Shown one piece after another: positions 31,209 through 45,000 of a DNA stretch of 64,000 nt. Positions within the stretch are counted from its first letter, which is position 1. Each line of letters begins with the position of its first letter. The notes below the pieces were generated by a model, which was not told where the DNA came from, did not search any database, and was given only the letters and a program-made list of their open reading frames with translations. Location: positions 682,001 through 746,000 of the forward strand of contig JBBPEB010000002.1 in NCBI GenBank assembly GCA_039096225.1. Direction: 5' to 3'. A program made the position numbers and the translations under genes. This DNA comes from Blastocystis sp. Blastoise. Lineage: Eukaryota; Protista; Bigyra: Opalinata.

Positions 31209-32886
31209 AATATACTATTTCGTGAATGAATAGACTATTGATTATAATTTTTTGAAATAAATTAATATTTCATTTTTATAAATCAGCTTTTTATTCATAA
31301 ATTAAAATAATCTAGAAAAATCTCAATATTTATTAATTGTTTTAATTTTTTTTATATCTTGAATGGCTATAATAATGCAAATATTTAGAAATATATAATA
31401 TATAATTAACTTTGAGTGTTATATAAAAATTATTACCTATTCATATATGGCATTATTAATATTTTTTTATATTAAAAGTTGTTTCTAGAGTTATAATATT
31501 TATCTATCGATATACTATTAGATTCAATTAAACTATTATTTTTTAATGAGACAATTACTTTTAATAAACAAATATGATGTTAGTCTCAGTATATCAGTAT
31601 ATAATCATAAGAAACGATAAAATCATAAGTAAAATCTCCTTTATTTTTAGAACAGTTGCCATGGCAATAGCTGACTCTCACTTTCAAACAGAATTAAATT
31701 GACTTAATCAAAAATAAATAAAACTATACAATCAAAAATAAATATTTTGTCACAATTTTTGATGATAATTACCACGTGGTAATTCCTCCTAAAAAATAAA
31801 AACACACGTATTCACAGGTACTATCTAATTCTACATTAGTAGAAGAAATGGAATTAGAAGAAGTATACATATCAGATTCTGAAAATTTTTTTTCTTTTTC
31901 AAAATAAGTTTTATCTAAAACCATATTTTGAGAATTTGAAGAATTATTATTATTTATATAAAAAGTATTTTTTATTATTATTACTCAAATCTTCATTAGT
32001 TGATGAATCCATATCTGAAGAATAATCATGATTATCAGAAGAATTTTCAACTTGGAAGAAAACAGAATTAGGAAGAGTAACAGAAATAGAAGAATGAGTA
32101 TATTCAATTTCAGAATCAGACATAGAATAACAAGAAGATTCATTTTCTGAAGATATACCATAATCAATGCTTATATCATCAGATTCAGTTTCTATAAAGT
32201 CATTAGATTCCATATCTTCTTCTGAAAAGGATATATCTTCTAATATCATATTATTATTATTATTTTCATTATTTTCATTTAATTTCTCATTATTAATCAT
32301 TTCTTTTTCATTCTTTTTGCTATTTAAAGTTTTGTCATAGGATATAGTATCTTTATAAATATCATGTGATTCATTATCTTCAATTCCCATGGAAATAGTA
32401 TGACAAGTGTTTAGAGTATAAGAAGGAGGTTCAATCACTTTGATATCAATTTCTTTAGAAATAGAAGGAGGAATTATATTATTATTATCATTAGATATAT
32501 TAAGTATAGTATGATGATAATCAGTCAAAACATTTTCATTAATATCTTTATTAACAGAATTATTATCATTTTTGTTCATATATATAGATTGTATATATAC
32601 ATTATTTTTATCATCTATTTTTGTATTTTTTATATGGAAGGAATTATCGTATTGAGATAATTCCAATTGATTCTGACTGTAGATAGTCTGCTCTTCATTA
32701 TAGTATAAACCATTTGCGCAGAGCTCCGCTACTTGGTCAACATGACCAAAAATCTTCCCATTCTCTATATTTGTATATAGAGTCGAAACAGTAGAAATCT
32801 TTTCAATCACTATAGTATTTGATTCTTCAACCATATGAGTATTCAGAGTTTGATTATTTGCGTCAGAAGGACCTAATTCTAAAATA

Positions 32887-34541
32887 CACTATGAGGCAGT
32901 TTTCTTTTGCAAAATCTCTCCAAAATGAAGATTTGTATATCAGACTGAATCAGAACCCTTTCAGCTTAGTTATAAGCATGGGGAAAAACCTTAATTAATA
33001 TGATAAATTGACGGGAATATATAAAAATTCTTTATTAAAGACCCAATAAAAATGTCTTTTTAATTGATATTGTCCAATAAAACATATTCAAAATAAACAA
33101 AACGATTGGATAATTATTCAAGCATTAATTTACAAAAAATAGAACAAAGACAAAAAAAACAAAAGAGAAAAAAGGAAAATGAGAAAAGAAGAAGAAAAGA
33201 AACTATTTAGCTTTTAAATCGAGTAACCTGGACACATACTGAGCTCCCCCACAAGCAGCTTTTTTTCATTTTATACCTATATAAAAGAAAAGTAAGAATG
33301 TAAACATAAAGAGAGAAATATAAGTATATACCTTCTACGATAGCTTTTGTAAAGGACAGCAGTTGAACTAGATACCATATTTTGGATAGCTAGAATATAA
33401 TTAATAAAAATGAGTAAAAGCATACCTTTCCAATTGCAGTTTTTTTGATATTTTGAGTTGATAATGATATAATAAACCTACAGAATTAGTTATAGAATAA
33501 ATATATATATACCTAATTCATAACTGTATTCATTTGCTTATTATTTTGATGATATAAAGAAGCCTATATACTATTATATGTAAAAAATAATAAAAATACA
33601 TTTTATAGAACCTTTATTATATATTTTTGAAATATGAATAAAAGAAATATTTATGTAAAGATTGAAAAATATAAAAAAATTAGCAGGGGTGGGGGTAACA
33701 GAGAATCTTTTTATTTATATATAAAAATTTCATAAAAATTTGATTTAAATCCAGGAGATAGATGAAAACGTCTGTTTTTCTCTTTTTTTATACTAAAAAG
33801 TCTTTCTTAAGCAAAAGTCTATTAATAAAGTATTAAATGAGTTGTATACGTTTATATATTGTTAGTAATAGCGTTTAAAGACCACTGACAAAACAATTTA
33901 AAGATTCTCAGAGAATGAAGTCTTAATTATGTTTATGAATAGGTTCTATTGATATATTTGCGTGATTTAATTGATAAGAACAGAGTGATGCATAAAATAA
34001 GACAATTTACATTGCTTTATGTTTATATAATTAGTACATTCTTTAAAAAATAATTATTTTTTCTTGTTTATAAGAGTAGAAACATGCTTGTATAAATGAT
34101 TTAAATAAAAAATAAATATAATTTAATTGCTTAACTAAAAGTTTATCAAAAATAATAGATATAATTAGAACACAAAATTAATTATTAGATAATTGAATAA
34201 CGACACTTATTTATCATACGGTTGTATATAAATCAGTTTTAAACTAAACAGACAATAATTTAAATTTATACTAATATTATAATAATAGGAGAATAAATAT
34301 TTATGCATCAAATACATAATATATATTAATAATAGAAGGAGGAAGAAGAGTAGTTAATATATAGTATACTATTTCTATATAGGCTATTTCTTTTGATATA
34401 TTAATTGGAATAGAAAGAGCAGAATAGAATGAAGATAATTAATCATATAAAGAATTATATATGAAGATTCTCTTGAAAGAAGTTATTATAATAGAGTAAA
34501 TATATATTCAATTAAATTAGCCTATATAACATATATAATAC

Positions 34542-34604
<63 letters not shown>

Positions 34605-34719
34605 GTATAATAATAATAATAATAATAGTAATAATAATATATGTATACATAAAATATTTGCTATAATAATACTTTACAGCTAGCATTATCTTCATAAGTT
34701 TTTGGCATATGATTGATTG

Positions 34720-34771
<52 letters not shown>

Positions 34772-35241
34772 ATAGATTTTGAATTGACTTCTTTTTCGAT
34801 AGCATTCGGAAAAGAATTCGGAAGGTATGATATATACGTGAATTTCTTTATTATTACATATATAGGAAGTAGTAGGTTGAATTGATTTCATAATATATTT
34901 CATCATAAACTTATTCTGATTGGATAAAACATTATCCAATGCAGATGATTGGATACTATGCTTCTCACACAATGTTTTAAAGATATATGCTCATTATATA
35001 AATAATCAACTGCTTTTGGACCTATATATATATATACATAATAATAATAAATATAATAAAAAGTTTTATAATAATACTAGATTCTTGAATTATGTTCAAA
35101 ACATATACATACCTGTTACTGCTTCTACTCTTGTTATTCCCGCGGAAATAGATGAATTCTTGAGAGTTATAAATGGATAAATATCTTTAATGTTTTCACA
35201 ATGAGTTCCTATAATAATAATAGTGTAATAATAGATATAAT

Positions 35242-35274
<33 letters not shown>

Positions 35275-35695
35275 CTTACCTAAACATAATTATTTACTGA
35301 TTCCTTCCACTTCAACTCCTCGAACAGTCTCTTTGTAATTATCCGCAAATATACCAGTATAACCACGGGAAATCGAGTCAGTATAGGACATATAATCATA
35401 ATGAACAGAATTAGCTATATATATATAATATATATATTATATATATTATATTATAACTATTATATACTATTCTATTATATTATATAGTATATTATGTTAT
35501 ACTATTATATTATAACTCCTATATACATCGTTAAGTAATAATATTCATGCTTTTCTCAACGTTCTTTAATACTTGTGATAAGCTATTTTGATCCCCTTTA
35601 AATGAATAATCCAATCGCATTATAGAAGGATCTACATGACTTCCTGCCTGAAGAGGAGAAGTTAGAGGGAATTTTGGACTCAAAGGATTAATAAG

Positions 35696-35735
<40 letters not shown>

Positions 35736-35998
35736 ATTATTATATATATATACATGGATCATTAATCTATCTTCGAAGTAGTTCATGAAGGAGATGAGTA
35801 GAAGTGTGATGAATAGAGGTCTGACTATATATATATATAGATAGAGAAAAATAAAAGCAAAATAAGAATAAAAATATTAATATAAATATATATACGTTCA
35901 ATTATCAGAGTTAACAGAGAGATTGACACGTGCGTGAAGGAGGGACTTGGGAACAGAAATGGAAGTCTTTAATAATATAAAATGTTCATTCACACGAA

Positions 35999-36033
<35 letters not shown>

Positions 36034-36538
36034 GACTAACAATATATAATAAAATAGCATATATACAGTATCTATAATGGGAATAGTGTTTCCATCATCA
36101 GTTAATAGTGTTCCTTGATCCCCCAGTTGACCCCCGCCCATGGGGAAGAATGGACATGGATCGATACAAACATATGAATATTTAGCTTTATTCCCGCGGG
36201 GAGGATTCAATATAGCTTGTATACTAGACGTTGATTGTGTTGAAAGAAGAGGAGGAAGATTATTATTATTATTATTATTATAATGAATTGTATAACCATT
36301 AAATGTATGAAACGAGGGAAGAACAGAAAGGGTGGGAATAACATAACTATCTAAACCTATATTTGTTCTTTTAGATTTATTATCTTTGGCTTTTGATTGG
36401 CCGATTTCATCCTCAGAAATATTTGTGTTCTGTAACACAATTCAACATTCTTCCAATAATACAAGAGAGAGATCCAATGAAATTCCTGTACTTCCATATA
36501 ATTGGTTTAAATCCACGAGAGATGGGGGAATAGATCGT

Positions 36539-36576
<38 letters not shown>

Positions 36577-36798
36577 ATATATAATAATAACATAAGCTAA
36601 TTCTACAATACAAATAAGCATAACAATAATAAAATTAAAAATAAATAAATCAACACAAGTATATACTTTTAATGATTTTACTATGTCTTCAAGTTTATCT
36701 TTACCGCACTCAAATGCCCGCCAAAAATACATTTCCTCATTCTCCATAATCGACGTTATGTCCTGCACGTGACTTGAAATATCAGGATAAAACAGTTC

Positions 36799-36865
<67 letters not shown>

Positions 36866-37675
36866 TAAAGATTGAATAACCGCGGGAATACAAGAAGACA
36901 AGAAAGGGAATTGAATATTGTATATATACTCATATTTTAAACAACGTCTATATATATAGAATTATATATGATTGTCCTTATTGTATTTATGAATAACAAT
37001 TATATATACATATATATACCTGATTAATTTCCTCAGTATATATCCGCGACAGGTAGGCGATAGATATATACCTTGATATATAAGTGCTGAAACTGTTCTG
37101 AAATGGTCTGAAAGAATATTAAGCAACGTAGTATACGGTGATAGGTTTACGCGGGAAGTGATTGGCGGGAACTTTTAATTGAGCACGTGCTTTTTATCAG
37201 TTTTTATATAGGGTTGCAGAATTAACTGTATATAGTTATATTATAATATATATATATTATATATAATTAAGAAAATATATATATACATATATATACAAGT
37301 AAATTATATTTCATTGAATAGAAAACATCTGTATCAAAATTTGAATATACGCCTTGAAGATATATATATATAGTATATTATTAGTATATCTGTAATGAAT
37401 TATATATATATATATATACAACACTGGCCATTCATTCTGCACCCATTCGTGTGTCGACGTAGTAGTGTGTCAGAGGAACGAGGGAAGACTAAGATAAAAG
37501 GAGGGATATAATATATATAACTATAAAATTAAATATAAAATTATTCATTATATTGTATATATATACTATAATATACAAATATCATTAAATATAATTATAT
37601 ATATATACTATAATATATAAATATCATTAAATATAATTATATATATATACTATAATATATAAATATCATTAAATA

Positions 37676-37716
<41 letters not shown>

Positions 37717-38014
37717 TCCTTCTGCTCTATACTCCGTGAATACAGTATTCCACATTTCAAGAAGATCATCATATATATAATAATAAGGATCCTATATATA
37801 TTTAAATAGTATAAAAATATCATCAATAATTATGATTCATATTATTATTATATATATCTATATCTATATACATGTGCATAAAATTTTTCAGTACACTGAC
37901 CGCATGGACCGACACCATCACCCATCGACCAAGAATTATCTTTTTTCCCACGGGAAAAATAGATTTATAATCAAATTCGGCTATCTACTTAATTTATATA
38001 TAAAAGAACAGATA

Positions 38015-38052
<38 letters not shown>

Positions 38053-39163
38053 TAATAATAATAATTATATATACCCATCTATATTTTGATATATAATAAA
38101 CACTACAAAAAATAAATTAAAAGATAAACAAGTTCTTCACTCAATGAAAGTTAACCCCGTATGTCTATATATATATACAATTTATTATCATAAAAATAGA
38201 ATAAAAATTATATTTAAAAATGTAGAAATAATAAGATAGCGATTAAACTATAAATAAATATAAAAATAAATAATAAAATATATATATAATAGAAAAAATA
38301 AGTGATTGTAATTGAATTAATATAAATACTTACTAGACTGACATATAATAAATAAATACACACTTTTGATCACCAGCAATTATTCTACACTATAAAATAA
38401 ATATAGATTAAATAAATAAAGCTAATTAAGAAATATAATTATATACTGAAAGTACTTTTGATCCAGTTGAGCCACATAGGAAAACACAGAACATGATTTA
38501 ACAATGACTGGGGCTGTTTTATCTTAAAAGACCTGATACCTAAAATAAGAAATGAATTAACTAAAATAAAATATAAAAAATACAACAAATTTGAAACGCA
38601 AACATCCTCACTAAATAAAAAATGATATATTAAAACAAAAAACATATTCATAAATCAAGTTCAGCAAAAAAAAAGTAATCAATAGACCCAGTTTCAAATT
38701 TTGATTTTTCTTTTGAAATGAAAAAATTACCGTGTATAACAAAATTTGACTGTCTGAATTTTTGTTTTTGACTTTTTTTATAAACATCATGAAACAAGTT
38801 TTTTCATTTATATTATGAGTCTACATAGTCTATTGAATACATATTGACAACTTTTTACTGAAAGCAAGTCAACATTTCCAAACCACTAATGTGAAGAAAA
38901 CAAACATAAAAAATAGCTCTGTTTGTCAAATAAAGACCCTATTGATTGAATATAATGTCAAAAATCTCATATAAACTCTATATGAGAAGAATAAAGGAAA
39001 ATAGAAAAATAATATTAACTTAGAATTATTTTTTTTTGTTTTTCAGAAAAATTCCTTCTCTAAACCACTTTTTTAGAAGGTCAAATTTTTAAAGAAAAAT
39101 TATTGGACTATTTTTAAAATTAGCCAATCAAAACTCTTAAATAGGCCACCCTGCCTCATAGTG
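32887..39163. mobile_element. non-autonomous CACTA (En/Spm) element with host-gene cargo, 6277 bp
   Basis: Perfect 13-bp TIR CACTATGAGGCAG / CTGCCTCATAGTG, 3-bp TSD ATA (32884-32886, 39164-39166). The flanks rejoin into one continuous retroelement ORF. Confidence 0.93.
34300..38000 (-). pseudogene. AARS: alanyl-tRNA synthetase, intron-rich pseudogene inside the CACTA element
   Basis: Exons in order: DNSWSMGDGVGPCGQCTE, EMWNTVFTEY, VDTRMGAE*MASV, LQGVYSNFDTDVF, SDHFR, FFPMGGGQLGDQG, HHTSTHLLH, QAGSHVD..RLDY, *LCLGTHCEN, AGITRVEAVTG. In-frame stops fall at conserved positions. Confidence 0.88.
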
Positions 39164-40055
39164 ATACATTCTTTACCATTCTTAGTTTTTTCTTCTAGAT
39201 TCATTATATTCTTATTATTACTATCTTTATTCATATCTATATTCATATTTTTAAAAGAGTCCTTATTTTCATCCATAATTAAAGGATTCTTTTTTATAAA
39301 AGTCTTTGATTCACTCTTTTCTTCCATTAATCCGTCATTATTATCTATGATACCATCATTCATAGATTCTAATTGATTAGAAGAATCATCTTGTCTCTCA
39401 AAAGATGATTTTTCTACAGGATGTGTATCAAAGTCATTCACTTGGTTTCTCTCAATACCAAGTTTGACTTGATCATTATATAGGGGAATATTAATATCAT
39501 TATTTAGATTAGTAACTAATTTGTTAGAGTTAATATCCATGACGGAACACGAAGAAAAAGAAAATTCATCATTTAGAATTTTGTCATTTTCATCAATTTC
39601 ATTATTCAAATTTGTTCCATGATGTGGCCAATGGTTTTGAACAAAACCTGTGGTTCTCTTTTCATAAGGTTTCCCTTTATGAAAATGATTACCAAAACAT
39701 CTGGGAGCAAATGAGAAGGAAATTTGATTTTTAGTAGAGCAAAGTCCCAAGTGAGAATTTGAATTTTTGGCTAAAATTTGAATTTTACCAAGAGTTTCCA
39801 ATTGATAGCGTGTTTTATAGACATGCCACCTTGAACTCTTTGAAGGGTTAAAAGTAGACGAGGAGAGGACCAACTTGTTAACAGATGTCGACATTCGTTG
39901 AATTACATGAACCTTTCGGAGCAGGAGCAACGACAGCGGATTTCTTTCATGAGTAATCACCTTCATCTTTTTAAGTTGTCCGTTGATCTCCAAACCACTT
40001 CCAAAGTGATCCTTATCGACCATAGACTATATAAAAATAAACAAAAATAAAATTA

Positions 40056-40078
40056 CGCCTTGACCCGGGATCGAACCA
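40056..40078 (-). other. tRNA 3'-end fragment (T-loop/B-box plus acceptor 3' strand) at array junction 1
   Basis: TGGTTCGATCCCGGGTCAAGGCG, similar to the eukaryotic tRNA-Phe 3' end (CTGGTTCGATCCCGGG....GGC). Confidence 0.75.
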
Positions 40079-41963
40079 ATTAATTTAAACAAGAGAAAAG
40101 AAAGATAAGGAACAGAGAAACACAAATAAAAATAAAATAATAATAAAATTGAGAAAGTCAACTTTATTTTAAGATCAAAAACTAAACAAAAACTCCATGT
40201 CAGCATGGAGAAAAAGACATCCAAAGAGGGACGTCAAAAACAAGAATTATATAAAAAAGTTTTAGTTTTTTAATTTTTTGCCTATAGGACAGGATAGGTA
40301 GGAGTTTTTGATCTATATAGTTCCTAACTATATATATGATAAGATATCTATATATATATATATCTTTAGATAATATAAAATTTATGATAATAAAATTAAA
40401 GAAATCTTATATTATTAATAAAACAAAGGTCATAATATTATATTTATATATATGTATATATATATAAATATAAGGCATAGTAATATATTATATAAAAAAA
40501 TATTATAAAAAAATATTTTAATTTTATTATTAAAATTAATTAATATTATATTAAAATATGTCCTATTTTAAATTAAATAAAATTATAAGATAAATATATA
40601 AAAGAAAAATAAAATATGGTTTATATATATATATATAGAGGAGAGGAATCTATATATATATATATATACAATATATATAAAAAAATTAATGAATTGTATT
40701 AAAAAGTGATAATAGAGAGAAAGAGAGATCAAAATAGAATAAAAAAGATGGATTTAATAATGAGATGAAATAATTCATCATATGAGAATAAATAAGTTTT
40801 GGATGAAAAATATTTAAGAGAGAATCAGTTAATAGAATATAGAGTATATGAGTAAAAATGAGAATCATGATTTTGATAAAAGTATAAAAATGAAGATGAA
40901 AAATAAGAAATATGAGAATATTTATTTAATAAGAAATGTAATAATGGAAGTAATGAACAATATCATTGCCAAGGAACACAATCATGTGCGCTTTGAATAC
41001 TGAGAAAAAACGATAATAATGAGAAGTATATTGAAAATTTTAGTATAAAATGATGTATAAGTAGTAAAGTAGAGAGACTTATGAAAATTGGAATATATAT
41101 TAATATGAAGGGTAAGGAGTAGTATATAATGAAATTTTAAAATTTTTGAAAACTCGATATTTTTAAGTTAATTTCGGTTTGACTTAGTAATAGGAGAGAT
41201 AATATGAAAACATTAAATTAGTTCTCTTGACTCTATTAGAATTCTAAATTTGAAGAAAACAACTTATTTGTAGTTGATAGATATCCTAGTTGGATTTTAT
41301 TGTGTTTTGGAACACAAATAAGGAAATTAATTTTTTGGGTAACTTAGTCAAAATTTTGAAATAGTGAAAAATATCATAAAAAATGAAATTTTCAGAATCA
41401 AGATTTGAATGATAAATAAACCAAATATAGCTCAATACAAGATGTTTGAGGTATAATAGAGCCTATAAGACCATCTAGAAGGTAATGAAAAATCGATTTT
41501 AGAGAGGACGTCTATATGAAAAAGTATATCTAAAAGTATATATATATTCCAAAACATAAATTGATTTCCTGATTCCATTAGAGTTCGAAATTTGAAAATT
41601 TCAATTGATTATATATATATAAATAGAATATCAACTATTAATTGTGTTTTGGAACACAATCATAAAATTTTGAATAAAATTGATAATTAATACTATATAT
41701 AAGGTATGTATATAAAATCTAGTAAAATTGAAGACTTCATTTAACATAAAGATAATTACATATAAATCATAGATATTTGAATAGAATTGATAATAGAAGA
41801 ATATAATGAAGAAATAAGAAGAAAATGATTGATTTAGAGTATATATAGAAATATGAATTTTGAAAATAATATAGAATGAAAAGTAGAAGAGAATTGAAAA
41901 TAAAAGAAAATAAATGAATAAAATATCAATAAAAGATAAATTAATATGATATATTAATTTAAA

Positions 41964-41974
41964 TTATTGAGATA

Positions 41975-42030
<56 letters not shown>

Positions 42031-45000
42031 GAATCTCTTAAATGAGTAGAAATAGTATGACTATCAGGAAGAGATTTTAACCAGAATTTATATGACCAAT
42101 CTAAGATAATATTATTTAATATAGAAGCATAATAAGATACATTCTTCTTAGAAATATCTAATATCTTTCTAAGATTATTTAAAGTATCTTTAGGAATAAC
42201 TCCAGAAGAACCAAAGATTAAAGAATAATTACTCACTCTATAACCATTATTATTCAATATTTCTATTACATTATCATAATCATGATCTTTCTTCTGTTTC
42301 ATTGTTTGAAGAGGATCTATTTGATTAGAAGATCCTTCATATGCTATACCTACATCTGCTATTATTATATCTTTGTTATTTGGATTTGTAGGAATAATTA
42401 CTATATCAGGACGAAGATTATTCATATTTCTATTAAATATATCATTACCAAAGGAAGTTGATAATGATTTATCTATACTTATTCTATATTCTCCTAATTT
42501 ATATTTTCTTATTAATTTTTTATATAAATTATTTAATATTTGATTATGTCTATTTGTAATTAAACCACCTATTCCATTATTATCTGTAATTCTATCACAT
42601 GTAGTAAGAATATGATTCAAATTATGAATAGCTCTTTTATTATGTTCTAAACAATAAGGACAAAGAGCTTCAGTATCATTAATCTTAGGAGATCTCTTCT
42701 TATTATATAAGAAAGATTGAGAACCAGTAAATGCTGTTCTCATTCTTATATTAATTAAAGCAGAATATTTCATAGGATGACATCTCTTACCATTAAATAA
42801 CCATCTATTACTTTCTATGTTATTATCTAAATATTTATAATAATAAGTATTCTCATAATTATTTAATAATTGTTTTGAATGTTTCTTCTTCAATAAATTA
42901 TTAATTTCTTTACATATCGTTCTTCTTACTTTCTCATAAGGAATAGTAGTATTTAATTCAGGAATATCTTTATCTATTAATTTTATTTTAATCCCTAAAG
43001 ATATATCATTAGCATCTATATAAGCTATATTAACACCAAGTTTATAAGCAGCATCTACAGCTTTACGAAGATAAGGAAAGAAATTTGTTAATGATTCATA
43101 AGGATTATCATGTATTATTATATTACCATTTTCTATTCTTCCTTTTACTATTTTATGATTATCATTAATTAACCATTGAAAGAATAATAAATCATTCTTA
43201 TGATTTTCAGGAATATTATTATTATCATTATTATTATTATCTAAGTAATCAATAGGATTAGGTATCATAAATAAATCATTAGTTAATGAAGATTTATTAA
43301 TAGTATATTGAAGAATATTTCTAATTTGAGGATCATCAGAAACAGCCATTCTAGTAATTAAAGATATCTTTCCTATATAATATCTATCAATTAATTGCAT
43401 AATACCTAAACCACCATTATTAATAGGAGTACTAAAGAAGTGAGAAGGTAGATTAGTACCAGTTCCTAACCAATTCATTATATATTGTTTTATAGTAGTA
43501 TCAATAAGAGTAATATCATTTTTATTCATATCACCATTTCTAAATAAGAATTCTAAACAAGGTAAGATATATTGTTTTACTACATTAATTTTTTGACAAG
43601 GAGTTAATAAACTATTATTTAAACAAGATAATCGTTCACTTACTTTCTTTATATTATCTACCCAAAATTCTCTTCTTTTTGTATATATATAAGAAATAGG
43701 ACAACCAAGATATCTTACAGTCTCTTCTTCATTCATTATAGGAATTGATTCATTCTTATAAATAGGAGGAGTAATAGTATATTCTAATTTTCTATTTCTA
43801 TCATCACTCATCTTCATTCCCATACATTTACATTTTGAAACACTCAATTTCATAGAATAATAATCTAATACTTCACCTACTCTTTCTAATAAAATATTAT
43901 TATCATTAGTACAATTTGATAATAATACTATATCATCAGCATAAGCATATGCATTTGATTCTAATATTATAGTATCATTATCTTTTATTTGTACTTTCAT
44001 ATTATTGTTATTATTAATATATTTAAGAAGAGGATCTATAATAATATTAAATAATAGAGGAGAAAGAGGATCACCTTGACGAATACCTCTATGAAGATGA
44101 ATAGAAGAAGTATATTGATGATTATCATATCTAATTTTAGTAGAAGCATTATCATACCAACTCTTTATTATATTAATAATATTATTAGGAAAATTCATCA
44201 TATGAAGAATATTTAATAATATCTTATGAGGAACAGTATCATAAGCTTTTTCTAAATCTAAGAAATTAATTAATAAATTAGAATTTCTTATTCTTTTTAA
44301 TTTAAAATCAGCTATGATATTACTAAGAATATAATTAAGATCTTCACAACCAGCTACATTAGGAGTAAATCCTTTTTGATAAGAAGATATAATATGATAA
44401 GAATTATTAATGTTATTAATATAATCTACTATAAGAGAAGAAAATATTTTTGATTCTACATTTTGAAGACATAATGGTCTCCAATTATTTAAAGAAGATT
44501 TATCATCTTTTCCTTTATCTAATAACCAAGTAATAGATTCATTCCAACTATTTAAAGTAATTTCATTATATCTACATACTTCTAAGATATAAGTTAATAA
44601 TAATCTAGCAGAAGTACTTCTTTTATAGATTTCATAAGGAATTCCATTAGCACCAGGAGTACTATTATTAGGAAGTTTCCTTAAAATTCTAGTAACATCT
44701 TTAAATTTAATAATATTGAAAGAAGAAGAATTTTCAGGTAGAGTAGAAATATTAGTAGATAACCATAGAGGAGGAGGAGTAGAAGTAGAATTAGTATTAG
44801 ATTCATGAGAGGAATATAACTCAGAATATAATTGAGTAAGAGTATCAGGAGGAATAGTACAATGTTCTCCAGTATTATTATTCCATATTTGAGAACGAAG
44901 AGTAGATTTAGAATTAATTTCAAAATCTTTCCTTATTTTAGATGCTTCTCTATGATTCTTTATATTCTCTTTATTCTTTAATAAATCTTCAATCATTCTT

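Larger units (their letters stand above)
31818..40055 (-). mobile_element. 3'-truncated retrotransposon copy D (5' module only), split by the CACTA insertion
   Basis: 39164-40055 matches 59931-60822 and ~31990-32886 matches ~59020-59919. Similarity decays by ~31818. Confidence 0.88.

Noticed and set aside
37400-37500. Stop-codon reassignment explaining the in-frame stops
   Set aside because: TGA, TAA and TAG all occur together with missense changes and frameshifts in the disrupted genes, while long intact ORFs use the standard code. Decay is the simpler explanation.
38355-38395. AlaRS motif-2 QKC exon (IIAGDQKC)
   Set aside because: It can equally be the 26-nt exon of the shared leader module; ambiguous, so excluded from the AlaRS call.
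40027-40224. 65-aa hydrophobic ORF (MDVFFSML...) repeated at each junction
   Set aside because: It is a translation of the T-rich UTR end and the tRNA fragment, with no independent coding evidence, although it is in frame with the downstream ATG.
40027-42000. LTRs of an LTR retrotransposon (2-kb direct repeats at ~40, 50 and 61 kb)
   Set aside because: The repeats continue into the RT-RLE ORF, so they are 3' UTRs of tandem non-LTR units. No integrase, protease or TG..CA ends.
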